This document shows, piece by piece, positions 39,166 to 51,286 of a stretch of 64,000 nucleotides of DNA. The notes under the pieces were generated by a model. It was not told where the DNA came from. It was given only the letters and a program-made list of their open reading frames with translations, and did not search any database. Position numbers and translations under genes: made by a program. The DNA is taken from positions 47,988,001 to 48,052,000 of the forward strand of contig CM114271.1 of assembly GCA_050084515.1 (NCBI GenBank). Reading direction: 5' to 3'. Numbering within the stretch: position 1 is the stretch's first letter; each line of letters begins with the position of its first letter. The DNA is from Blasia pusilla (Eukaryota).

Positions 39166-40337
39166 TGAAGCTTTGGGTTAGATGCAATTAGATGTTCAAT
39201 TTCCTTCAAGAAATCCTTGAATTGGGCTTGCACATTGTGCATGTTGTTTTCAAGTAAGAGACTCTCTCCATTATAAGAATGAGTGCACTATCATTAACAA
39301 TTTTAAATTTATATTAATATTGGAGAGTGCCCTTTCATTTTGCATACTCTCTCCCTCTTGAAACTTGATAAGTTCAGCCAATAGATCACTCATCTTTTCT
39401 TTTGAACCAGTAAGATTGTTCAAAATTAATTTAAGTAACACTTGAAAATCAATTATACATATTAATGCAAACCTAGACTTACACTAGTACCTTATGAATG
39501 ACATATGTGGAAGTGTCCCATAGGCCAATAAGGGCCATATCCATGCACACGAAGAATTGATGACCATAGAGGGTCATCAATTTTTCTACGCCCAAAACTT
39601 TTGAGCATTGAAGTGGCCCAAGGACCTTGACGTCTATATGATCGGTAGTAATTACTATGGGCCGGTGCATTTTGTTGCATACCCATGCGATCGGTAGTAA
39701 TTACTAGGGACCGGTGCATTTTGTTGCAGACCCATGGGTAGATTACTTTAGACTTAGAATAGAGATCACACTCCATGACTCCCCTACATAAATTCTCAAT
39801 TTTTTTAGTCATCTAACCTATCCACATGCTTCGATAACTAATCTGTATTTCATGTTGTTTTCAAGTAAGAGACTCTCTCCATTATAGGAGTGAGTCGCGC
39901 TGTACGCTAGCTCTTAAACACGTTTTCATTTCCTGCATGGCACCTTACTAGTTCCCCCATGGTTGGCGGAGTAGTAGCAGCGAGTGTGACGAGACCAGGT
40001 GGCGGCGGCGAAAATGAGACGACTTCGTCATTGCTTGTTCGTCCACCCTTCCTCGAATCCTCTTCTGCTTCATCGCCCCTTCTTGTCGTATGTGGCCCGT
40101 CTCCATCCCTCTTCTGCTCCCAATACCCATTTGCCGTCTTTCTCTTATGTCTCTCTCTCCTCTCCTCCGAGTGAGAGTATATCCATCGCTCGCTCGGAAG
40201 GGCTAGGACGGGCATTTGGAATAGCATCGCACATTTCCTGCCCCTCCGATCGCAGGGAGAGTTGTGGACGGGTAGTGAGCGCGCCGCGAGGTTGAGCTTC
40301 TCTTCGTTTCTTTCCGTGCACAGAGAGGGGTAGAGAG

Positions 40338-42850
40338 ATGGCGGTGGCACACGCGATAGTGGCACTAACAGCGTCGCCGTTCTCAGCTTCTTTATCACAT
40401 GCGACGGTCAGACTGCAGCACAATTTTGCGGCACCGCCTGCACTGAGTAAGGGGCGCCATCCTCTCGTTTCCGTCGTGGTTGGTGTGCCATGGTTTGATG
40501 GTTTTCAAGGTTTTCAAATGCTGTCGTGTAGAGGGTTCAAATGTTGTCAGGGAATCTCAGTCGGTAGTGGTGTGCCATGGTTTTGAAAGCTTCCAAATGC
40601 TGTCGTGGAGAGGATTCAAATGTCGTCGTGGAGGAGGAGAACAGTTCTCCCTCTCTCTGATTTGATTTAATATCGGGGTTGCGGCCCTGTAAATCTGCGA
40701 CCGGGCCTTGTAAAATGCAGCATTGTTTTTCTTCTCTCTTCTCCTTTCCGTGTGTGAGCTGAGATAAGGAACTTGCTGTTTTGTCCATCCAATGCTACCC
40801 CGTCCTTTCCCCCGTATTTCCATTTGAGGACTAGTTCGGAGTCTTGCCTTGGATGAGATTCCGGACGAAAGGTTTTAATGTTTGGCTGCTTTATATTTGT
40901 GAGAGTCGATCCCGTGTTCGAAGTCGACTCCAGGATAGTTTTGCAAGCAGATAGTGTTTCATGATGAGGTTTTGTCAGACCCACACTGAATCCAGATGGT
41001 GTTTTCACTGGAAAAAAAAGGGATAATTCTCCTCCTAAATGAATATTGAGACTCAATTTGTGTCGTGGGTTGTCTCAGAATTGAGGAAGTCTCTAGCAGT
41101 GCGACCATCTGGGGACCAGTCAGCTAGTTTCGGAGCTCCATCACAAAACTCTGGAATTCCGAAGATTGCAACAAATGCAGTTGCTGTAAGAACACAAACT
41201 TGAGATTCTTCTGTGACCTGCAAATCGTATATGGCTTTTTGTTACTTTCAGATGCTCAATCGTGAAACTGTAGATCAGAGGCCTCCTGGGGCGCGGGGGG
41301 TATTCTTGGTTGTGGTCTTAATGAGTTGTGGAGACGTGCAATTGGCATATAGAGTCAGCCTCTTCAGATTGTATGCTCTATGTTTTGCTTCACTTGCTGA
41401 ACAACGGGTGCAAAGCTGGTAATTTTCCATTTTGGTATACTTCACTACGTAGCAGAAGCTCATACCAAGCCCATTCCTCAACAAGATATCGCATGCAAAA
41501 CTAGTTATCAGCATTTTAGCGTATTTTGTCTAGCATTTTAGGATTAAGTCAGTTGTCAATGTTCACCATACTCTTACATGCAAATACTGCACTCTTACAT
41601 GTGAAAACCAGGCAAAGCAAGAGGCGCCTATGAGCACTGAAGCAAAGGGTCCAGGGTATATCATAATCTCTGTTCACCTGCGATCAACTCCTTTTGGCTT
41701 CTGGATGGTGTTTCTGTCACCCCTTCGCCTTGCTAGCTTGAAATGTCCAACAGTACAACAAACACCAGGAGCAAGAATAGAATTGAACACATGATGTTTC
41801 TTAGGTGTTCGTGCATTGGACGTTATGGCTCTTGTTTGTAACTAACATGTTGCTTTACAAACTGTCTTGACAAGCAGGCATGAACTTCTTCTGTATGAAG
41901 CTCTACGTGAGGGTCTTGAGGAGGAGATGGAGAGAGATCCCAGAGTTTGTGTGATGGGAGAGGACGTTGGTCATTATGGTGGCTCTTACAAAGTTACAAA
42001 AGGCTTTGCAGAGAAGTTTGGTGACTGGAGGCTACTAGACACTCCCATTGCTGAAAATTCCTTCACAGGGATGGCAATTGGTGCAGCTATGACTGGATTG
42101 CGGCCAGTCATAGAAGGTATGAACATGGGTTTCCTGTTGCTGGCCTACAACCAGATTTCCAACAACTGTGGAATGCTGCACTACACCTCGGGAGGCCAGT
42201 TCACTATCCCATGTGTTATCAGAGGTCCAGGTGGTGTGGGTAGACAACTCGGGGCAGAACACTCTCAGCGGTTGGAATCCTACTTTCAGTCTGTGCCTGG
42301 ATTGCAGTTAGTTGCTTGCTCTACTCCCTACAATGCCAAAGGTCTCATGAAGGCTGCCATTCGAAGTAACAACCCTGTGATTTTGTTCGAGCATGTGCTG
42401 TTATACAACTTGAAGGAGACAATTCCAGATGAGGACTACGTATGCTGCCTTGAGGAAGCAGAAATGGTTAGGCCTGGAAAAGACATCACCATCCTCACCT
42501 ATTCGCGAATGAGACACTACTGTCTCCAGGCTGCTAAAACTCTTGTCAACAAAGGGTATGACCCGGAGATAATCGACATCCGCTCCTTGAAGCCCTTTGA
42601 CATGTTCACAATCGGAAACTCTGTGAAGAAGACTCATAAAGTCCTCATAGTGGAGGAGTGCATGCGAACTGGTGGCATAGGTGCCAGTCTGAGGGCTGCC
42701 ATCATGGAGAACTTCTTTGACTACCTAGATGCCCCTATTGGATGCCTTTCTTCACAGGATGTACCCACTCCTTATTCAGGTCCGTTGGAGGAGCTCACGG
42801 TTGTTCAACCTCACCAGATTATCTCGGCTGTAGAACAGTTATTGGCCTAG
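40338..42850 (+). CDS. PDH-E1beta: Plastid pyruvate dehydrogenase E1 beta subunit with transit peptide
   Basis: Exons 40338-40446, 41079-41185, 41612-41655, 41878-42850. [18 protein letters not shown]...[14 protein letters not shown]...DTPIAE...[18 protein letters not shown]; Ser/Ala-rich N-terminus. Confidence 0.95.
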
Positions 42851-43429
42851 TTGCTACAGATTTATTATGGGTCTTTGTGCTCTGTGCCTGTGTGTCCTAG
42901 ATAGGATTGGTGTAGGAAGGTAAGCATGTCAGTCACCCTTATTTTGGGTGGAGGTACTCATGGCCATTTTTACTAAGAGCTATTGCATTGGTTTTTGCTA
43001 GAGCCTATTTCTCTCCTGAATTCATATCTAGGAACACATTCAATAACCATTTAGCAGATGTGGGCCTGATGCTCAAATCTGAACATGTTCTGCTTTCCTT
43101 GAGCTGCTGCCAATGACCATCCACTTTAGGGTGGTCAAATTTGACTAGAAACTGAGCAAGATTTAGGGCCCAATCTACCACTCTTGTATCTTACGAAATG
43201 AGAATTGGCATGAAATGTTGCCCCGTCCATTGGGCAATTTAGTCCCGGATCATTGTGCCAACACAAACTTTAAGTATTATCTTTGTTGATTCTGGGCTTC
43301 TACACAGATATAATACCATCTAAGGGAGAATGAAGTTGTCTAACACAAAAGAAATCTCAGTTCAGATTTAACCTTATGCCTGAGACCTGGAAATGTGATC
43401 TGATTTGGAATGGAGTGTGAGGAACATGG

Positions 43430-46400
43430 ACTTTGTGATGAACCTCCCTACTTACTCGGGGACTGATTATAGCTTATCCAGGTCCTATAGAAAGGCGATG
43501 TTATGTAGGCGCAAGATATCCCACAACATTAATGGGGAGGGGAAAGGGTGATGGTGGGATCCCTAATCCAATATAAATGCAAAGAGGTGATGAGAATCAA
43601 CCAGTGGGAAGGGGGAAAGGATTGTGCTATGAGAGTATGGTCTTATGTATAGCATTGTCTAACCAAGAAGGTAGGAGGAAGGATTTGTGGGTAGGGGGAA
43701 GGATTATGTAATGAGTTGAATGGTATGCTATGGAAAGTAATCCTTGATGACTTGCAAGAGAGCCATAGTAACCAGTAGGATTTATCGATTTTGCCAATCC
43801 TTTGATAGTCTTGGGCCATTATAGTAAAGGTGGGTATTGGGAAGCCCTTCAATGTGTTTCTTGTATTACCCTCCCGTCTGTTTTATCTTGCCCGATGATC
43901 GTCAATCCTAGGGGATGTAGACGTCATGTGAGTTGAGAGCCTTGGGAAGATGGTAGTAAGGATGATCACTTGATGTCTCATACCAAACCATCCATATAAT
44001 TGTGGTGTGTACATCTCTTGAAATCACGCACTAAACATAAGAGAAATGGACATTGTTTACGAATGGGATGGAGAACTATTATCCATCGCACAATTTTGCA
44101 TGTGGAAACTTGGTAGAATGGAAGAAGGGATCACGAGAAGATAATTCGTGTGTACAAGTAATCAGAAAGAGATCAAGGGGAGAGGGAAGGAGTATGCACA
44201 CCCTCTTTCTCCACTCTTGACAATTTTTTCTTTTTCTTTTTTGGCCACCTTCATTTAGTAGCGTCAGTCCGTTCGATGACTCACAACCGAATCAGATGAG
44301 GTGTTGTGGTGTGTCACTACCATACTCTAGATATGCGATCGGATCTTCCCTATCCACTTTGCCCATGAAATGTCGACGAATTGGCGGTTCCTATGAGAGC
44401 TCTTGACATGCATTTCTCTCCCGCTATCGCCTTACCACTAATCGTTGCACACTTGTCTCCGTTTGGGAGTACAACAATGTGTCAAGGGTCACTTTCCAAA
44501 AATGAAAAGTCAACTCTATTTAAAATAGAGAGCTTATTCGGAATGATTAGTTTTTCAATATCATTCCAAATGAACTTAAAAGAGAAGATCACCTAAACAC
44601 TTAGTTACCCTAGTCCTTAGTAGGTTATTATTGATCTCTTAGGATTTGACTTGGGACATCCTTGAATATACCTTACAAGTACTCGTAGAAATTTACGAAG
44701 ACAGAATTAGAGTTCTACACTAAGAGACCACTGGAGCAAGAGGTTGGTGTTGTCATTGGTTTTTCAAATTGAGGACCATGCTCCCTGTTCGTCGTAGAGT
44801 ATGACCTTGACTCCTTCTACCTTCGCTCCAAAGCACTCCCAACCTTGAGCTTTGCAAACGGAAGACTTAGGTTGAGTCTTAAACACTCAACCGGTTTCAT
44901 GGTCCATAGCTAGCCGAGAAGTTGCCAAGCGCTAATCAAGTCGAGTCTCCTCAAATGCGTATAGTCTCCCTAGGGAGTCTCTTCACCAAGCCTCAACCAA
45001 TTTCCCTAAGTTGCTCGCCTATACCAAAGTATATCAGTTAATTCCTAGCTCAAACTTGAAACTTGGCTAAACACGCAACACGATTAGTTCCTAGTTGAAG
45101 GACTTGAGCGATTAGGAAGGGAGAGTGTCCCCCCTTATAGATACTTCTTGTAGAAAAACTATTAAAGATGCATAACCGATGGGATATAAGATCATACGAC
45201 TCTCACACTCACATACTATCATGGAGAACAAAATTTTGCTATGAGAGAATGAGTGGAGGTTGGTCCCATTCTCAATTATATAGGGTATGTACAAGCAACC
45301 CTTACCCTAATCATAACCATAGTTTAGAGTTAAACTTACTATGATTAACTAACCCTAGTTAAGATAATCATGCTTAACTAACTAACCAAGATTAAGCTTT
45401 CCTACTTCATGTGAGTACTAAATGTAGTAGTTCGGGCGTTCGATTAGCTGGACCATAACTCAGTCTTCAATACTTTTGGGGTTTTCTGGAGACCCCACCT
45501 ACTCCATTTTCCTCCTTATGCCCTTGATTTTGGGCCTCAATCCAAACATGATTTACGACTCACGGACCCACATTTTGACAAGTCATCCATCAAGATGGCT
45601 TGGTAGAGGCTTCTGAAGGATTATGGAACTGTTGACTCTCCAAACACATCTTGGATCTTAGACTTTTGTTTCATGTCTCTTATGATTATATGGTTGCACA
45701 AAAATGGACACGTCCATCCCTAGGGCGGACATGGACGGACAAGTGTGGACATGTCTACGGACATATATTGCAAGAGGTGGGGCCTATATTTATAGCTCGT
45801 GGTGGAAGGCAAGGCAATGGCGGGCGGGGTAATAAAGGGGGAAGGGGTGGAGGTGGGAAAAGGAAGAAATGGGAAAGTGCGGAACATGGAGGCAGATGGA
45901 GGGGATGATAAAGGCGGGGGAGATGGGGCCCATATGGATAAGTCCTTCCATAGGACGGGCATAAGTCCACGGATACGGATTTTGTCCACATGCAATCTTG
46001 TATGGCTAGCACCCATCTTAACTCCTTCTTAAGTGTCTCATGGTCATCTCGCCGCCCTTTGTGTTTCGTAACTACTCTCGTGATGTATCACCCATCTTGA
46101 CTACGTACATTTTCCCTGGTTCTTGCCCTTGAATCAATGCTTGGATTGAAGGTCTCAAAGCTTGCTTGCCTTGCTTTTATCCCCGCGAGTAGCTATGCCC
46201 CTTTCTCTACTCTCAATTTTCGGATAGCATCAACTTACGTTAATTTCTTGATTTATGGATTCGTGGTATATGCAGTCTAAGGGTAGTCTCTTTACATGTG
46301 TGTGTCATACATTCCATCCTCTAATTAATCTAGATTCATCCCAAAGCACTTACGACCTTGAGCTTTGCAAATGGAAGACTACGATTGAGTCCCAAAGACT

Positions 46401-47090
46401 CAATCGGTTGCATATTTTGTAAGTAGCTGAGAAATTGCCAAGAAATAATCAGATCAAGTCTCCTCAAGTACATACAATCTCCCTATGAATCATTTTCCCC
46501 AATTATTGACCAACCTTCCAAGTCTCTCGCCAAAATTCAAGCGCGTTGACTAATCCTTTAAGGTACGTCCCTTAGCTCAAACCCTTGACACATGGCCGCA
46601 TCCACATCAAAGTTAATTTGGAGTTCAAGGGCTTGAGCGGATAGAGAGTGAGAGTATCCCCCTGTAGGTACTTCGAGGATTCTTTAGGAAATCTCAACTT
46701 CCCAATTTTGTTCTTTATGTCCTTGATTTTGGCCCCCAATCCAAACACAGTTCACGATCTACAAATCAACATTTGCCTTGTTATCAATCAAGATGGCTTG
46801 GAAGAGGCTCCTCACAGCTTACAAAAATCTCAGCTCCCCAAGTGCATCTTGGAGCTTGCACCGACGTTTCATGTGTCTCATGGCCTGCACCCATCTTCAC
46901 TCCCCATTTGGCATCTCATGATTCTCTTACCGCCCTTTGGATTTCGTGACTAGTCTCGTGGGCTTTAGTAGGAGGAACAATAAGAGGAGAGGAAGAGAGG
47001 AGAGAGGAAGATATTTGCAACCCCTAGGGATCTATCCAAGAAAAATCTATCACTATGGCAAAGTCTCATCCCAAATTAAGTTTAAAATGA
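43430..47090. mobile_element. Highly degraded retroelement-like remnant with diverged direct repeats
   Basis: 44840-45130 resembles 46355-46670 (CCTTGAGCTTTGCAAA.GGAAGACT...), and 45500-45690 resembles 46700-46880. No intact ORF. Confidence 0.4.
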
Positions 47091-47099
47091 CCTTTGGGA

Positions 47100-50000
47100 C
47101 CCGTAGCAGAAACCTTGAATGAAAAAAAAGGGTCTTTAACCGGGCATCTTGTCCAACGTTTCCATCTTGAGCTTAAATTTAGCCTACTTTATCTCCAAGG
47201 TACATCGAGCACTCTTGCCAAGTTTAAAGCACAATGGAGTTGGGACCACAACCTCAAAATTTGTCAAGTCCTTTTTGGACCCGAACCATCAAACCTTCTA
47301 TCAAAACAACGTTTTTCCATTTTTCATCTTGTTCTACTTTGTCATCTTGAGCTGCAATTTGGCCAACATAGTCCCCAGGAAAAATAAATTTGTGAGAAAA
47401 AACTTGAAAATTTCTAAGTCCTTTTTGGACCCCAACCATCAAACCTTCTACCCAAATAAGGTTTTTTCATTTGTCATCTTGTCCAACTTTTTCATCTTCA
47501 GTTGAAATTTGGCCAACAAGGTCTTCAAGATGCATGTAGAACTCTTGCAAAGTATCACGAAAAATGAAGTTATGAGAAAATGCTCAAAAATTACTTACTC
47601 CTTTTTGGACCCGAACCGTCAGACCTTCCATCAAAATAAGGTTTTTTCATTTTTCATCTTGTCCAACTTTGTCATCTTGAGCTGAAATTTCTCCAACATG
47701 GTCCCCAAGGTGCATCTAGGACTCTTGCCAAGTTTCAAGCAAAATGAAGTTGTGAGCAAAAAGTAAAAAATGTCTAACTCTTTTTTGGACCCGAACCATC
47801 ACACCTTGTGCCAAAATAAGGTTTTTCCATTTTTTGTCTTGCCCAAATTTGTCATCTTGATCTGAAATTGGGCAAAAATTCTTCCCTAAGATGACCCTAG
47901 ACTTCTTGCCAAGTTTAAGGCAAAATTAATTTGTGAGCAAAAACTCAACAATGTCTAACTTCTTTTTGGACCCCAACCATCATACCTTCTACCAAAATAA
48001 GGTTCTTTCATTTTTCATCATGTCCAAATTTGTCATCTTGAGCTGAACTTTTGCCAAAATTGTCCCCTAGATGACCCTAGCACTCTTGCCAAGTTTTAGG
48101 CAAAATGAAGTTGTGAGCAAAAGCTCAAAATTTTCTAACTCCTTTTTGGACTCGAGCCATCAAACTTTCTATAAAAATAAGGTTTTGTCATTTTTCATCT
48201 TGTCCAAATTTGTCATCTTGAGCTTCAATTTGGCCAACATGGCCCCCAAGGTGCATCTAGGACTCTTGCCAAGTTTCAAGCAAAATGAAGTTGTGAGCAA
48301 AAACTCAAAAATGTCTAACTCTTTTTTTGACCCGAACCATCAAACCTTCAACCAAAATGAGGTTTTTTCATTTTTCATCTTGTCCAACTTTGTCATCTTG
48401 AGCTGAAATTTGGCCAAAATTCTCCCCAAGATGACCCCAGCACTCTTGCCAAGTTGTAGGAAAATTGAAGTTTTGAGAAAAACCTCAAAATTTTCTAACT
48501 CCTTTTTGGACCCAAACCATTTGACCTTCTACCAAAATAAGTTTTTTTCCATTTTTCATCTTGTCCAACTTTGTCATCTTGAGCTGCAATTTGGCAAAAA
48601 TATTCCCCAAGGTGGCCCTAGCACTCTTAGCAAGTTTTAGGTAGAATGAAGTTGTGAGAAAAACCCTAAAAATTTCTAACCATTTTTTGGACCCAAACCA
48701 TGAGACCTTCTACCAAAATAAGGTTTTTCCATTTTTCATCTTGTCTAACTTTGTCATCTTGAGCTGAAATTTGTCCAAAATAGTTGCCAAGGTAGCCCTA
48801 GCATTGTTACAAAGTTATAGGAAAAATGAAGTTTTGAGAAAAAACTCAAAAATTTCTTACTCCTTATTGGACCCAAACCATGAGACCTTCTACCAAAATA
48901 AGCATTTTCCATTTTTCATCTAGTCCAACTTTGTCGTCTTGAGCTGCAATTTGGCCAACATGGTCCCCAAGGTGTATCTAGGACTATTTCCAAGCTTCAG
49001 GAAAAATGAAGTTATGAGCAAAAACTCAAAACTATCTAACTCCTTTTTGGACCCGAACCATCAGACCTTGTACCAAAATAAGCCTTTTCCATTTTTCATC
49101 TTGTTCAACTTTGTGCCTTGAGCTGAAATTTGGCCAACAAGGTTGCCAAGGTGGCCCTAGCACTCGTACCAAGTCTTAGGAAAATTTAAGTTGTGAGCAA
49201 GACCCTTAAAATTTCTACCTCTTTTTTGGACCCGAACCATTAGACCTTCTACCAAAATAAGGTTTTTTCATTTTTCTTCGATAGAAGATCTCATCGTTCG
49301 GGTCCAAAACTCCATTTTTCTTGAAAAACGTCAAGACTGCTAGATGCACCTTAGAGACCATGTGGGCCAAATTTCACCTCAAGATGAGAAAGGTGGAGAA
49401 GGTGAAAAATCATAAGACCTTCTTTTCATTCAAGGTTTAATGGTTTGGGTCCAAAAAGCAATTTTGGAGCTTTTGCTCACATCTCTATTTCTCATGAAAA
49501 ATTATAAGACTGCTAGATGCAGCTTGGAGACCATATGGGTGAAATTTCATCACAAGATGAGAAATTTGGAGAAGGTGAAAAATCATAAAGACCTTCTTTT
49601 CATTCAAGGTTTAATGGTTCGGGTCCAAAAAGGATTTAGTAATTTTTGAGCTTTTTCCCATAACTTCATTCTGCCTGAAACTTGGCAAGAGTTTAAGAAG
49701 TACCTTAGAGACCATTTTGTTAAAATTTCAGCTCAAGATGACAAATTTTGGACAAGATGGAAAATGAAAATTCGTTATTTTGATATAAGGTCTGATCGTT
49801 CGGGTCCAAAAAGAATTGCCAAATTTTGAGCTTGTTGTCCCAACTCCATTTTATTTGAAAATTGGCAAGACTGCTAGATGTACCTTGGAAACCATGTTGG
49901 CCAAATTTCACCTTTCTCAACTTGTTAGCAAGTTGAGAAAGGTGGAGAAGGTGAAAAATCAGAAGACCTTCATTTCATTCAAGGTTTAATGGTTTGGGTC

Positions 50001-51120
50001 CAAAAAGGAGTTAGTAAATTTTGAGCTTTTGCTCACAACTTCATTTTTCTTAAAACTTGCTAACAATGCAAGGGCCATCTTGGGGACCATTTTGGCCAAA
50101 TTTTAGCTCAAGATAACAAAGTTGGACAAGGTGAAAAATGAAAAAACCTTATTTTGGTAGAAGGTCTAATGGTTCACATCAAAAAAAAAGTTAGAAATTT
50201 TTAGGGTTTTTCTCGTAACTTCATTTTGCGTTAAACTTAGAGAGAGTCGTAGATGCACCTTTGGGACTATGTTGGCCAAATTGCAGCTCAACATGACAAA
50301 GTGGGACAAGATGAAAAATGAAAAAACCTTATTTTGGTAGAAGGTCTAATGGTTTGCAACCAAAAAGGAGTTAGAAATTTTTGAGCTTTTTCTCACAACT
50401 TCATAGTTCCTCAACCTTGGCAGGAGTCCTAGATGCACCTTGGGGACCATGTTGGCCAAATTGCAGTTCAAGTTGACAAAGTGGAACAAGATCAAAAATG
50501 AAAAAACCTTCTTTTAATAGAAGGTCTGATGGTTCGAGTCCAAAAAAGAGTGAGAAATTTTTAAGATTTTGCTCACAACTTTATTTTGCCTAAAACTTGG
50601 CAAGAGTCCTAGATGCACCTTCGGGACCATGTTGGCCACATTGCAGCTCAAGATGATTTTTTATTTTTCATCTTGTCCAACTTTGTCATCTTGAGCAGAA
50701 ATTTGGCCACATTGGTCCCCAAGATGCATCTAGCACTCTTGCCAAGTTTGAGGCAAAATGAAGTTGTGAGAAAAAGGTCAAAAATTTGTAACTCCTTTTT
50801 GGATGCGAACTATTAGACCTTTTACCAAAATAAGCTTTTTCCATTTGTCATCTTGTCCAAATTTGTCATCTTGAACTAAAATTTGCCCAACATGTTTCCC
50901 AAGGTGGCACTAGCACTCTTACCAAGTTTGAGGAAAAATGAAGTTGTGAGAAAAACCGAACCATCAAACCTTCGATGGAAATAGCACTTTTGGCCCCCAA
51001 CCACTAAACCTTCAATGGAAATAAGGGTTTCCATTTTTCATAATTTCAAACTTTCCCAACTTGCGTTTGTAGGGCTCTTGCAAAGTTTTGAGTAAAATGG
51101 AGTTGTGACCACGAGCTCAA
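47100..51120. repeat. 180-bp tandem array 3' of hAT copy 2, with an internal inverted block (~49285-50655)
   Basis: The GGACCCGAACCAT anchor recurs at ~47607, 47787, 47968, 48148, 48328, 48508, 48689, 48869, 49049 and 49228. Reverse-complement units follow, then forward units from ~50656. Confidence 0.92.
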
Positions 51121-51286
51121 AAATCACACTTATCAATTTGACCTTCAATATAAAAGTAAATGCTTTATCAGCAAGAAGTATATAAAAAGGATTGTCATAA
51201 AAATGACCTTCTTACAACAGTCAACACAAAACAAGTTTGCTACAACTATCTACTAATCCGTCTCACTAAATTTTGTAATTTCTCTT

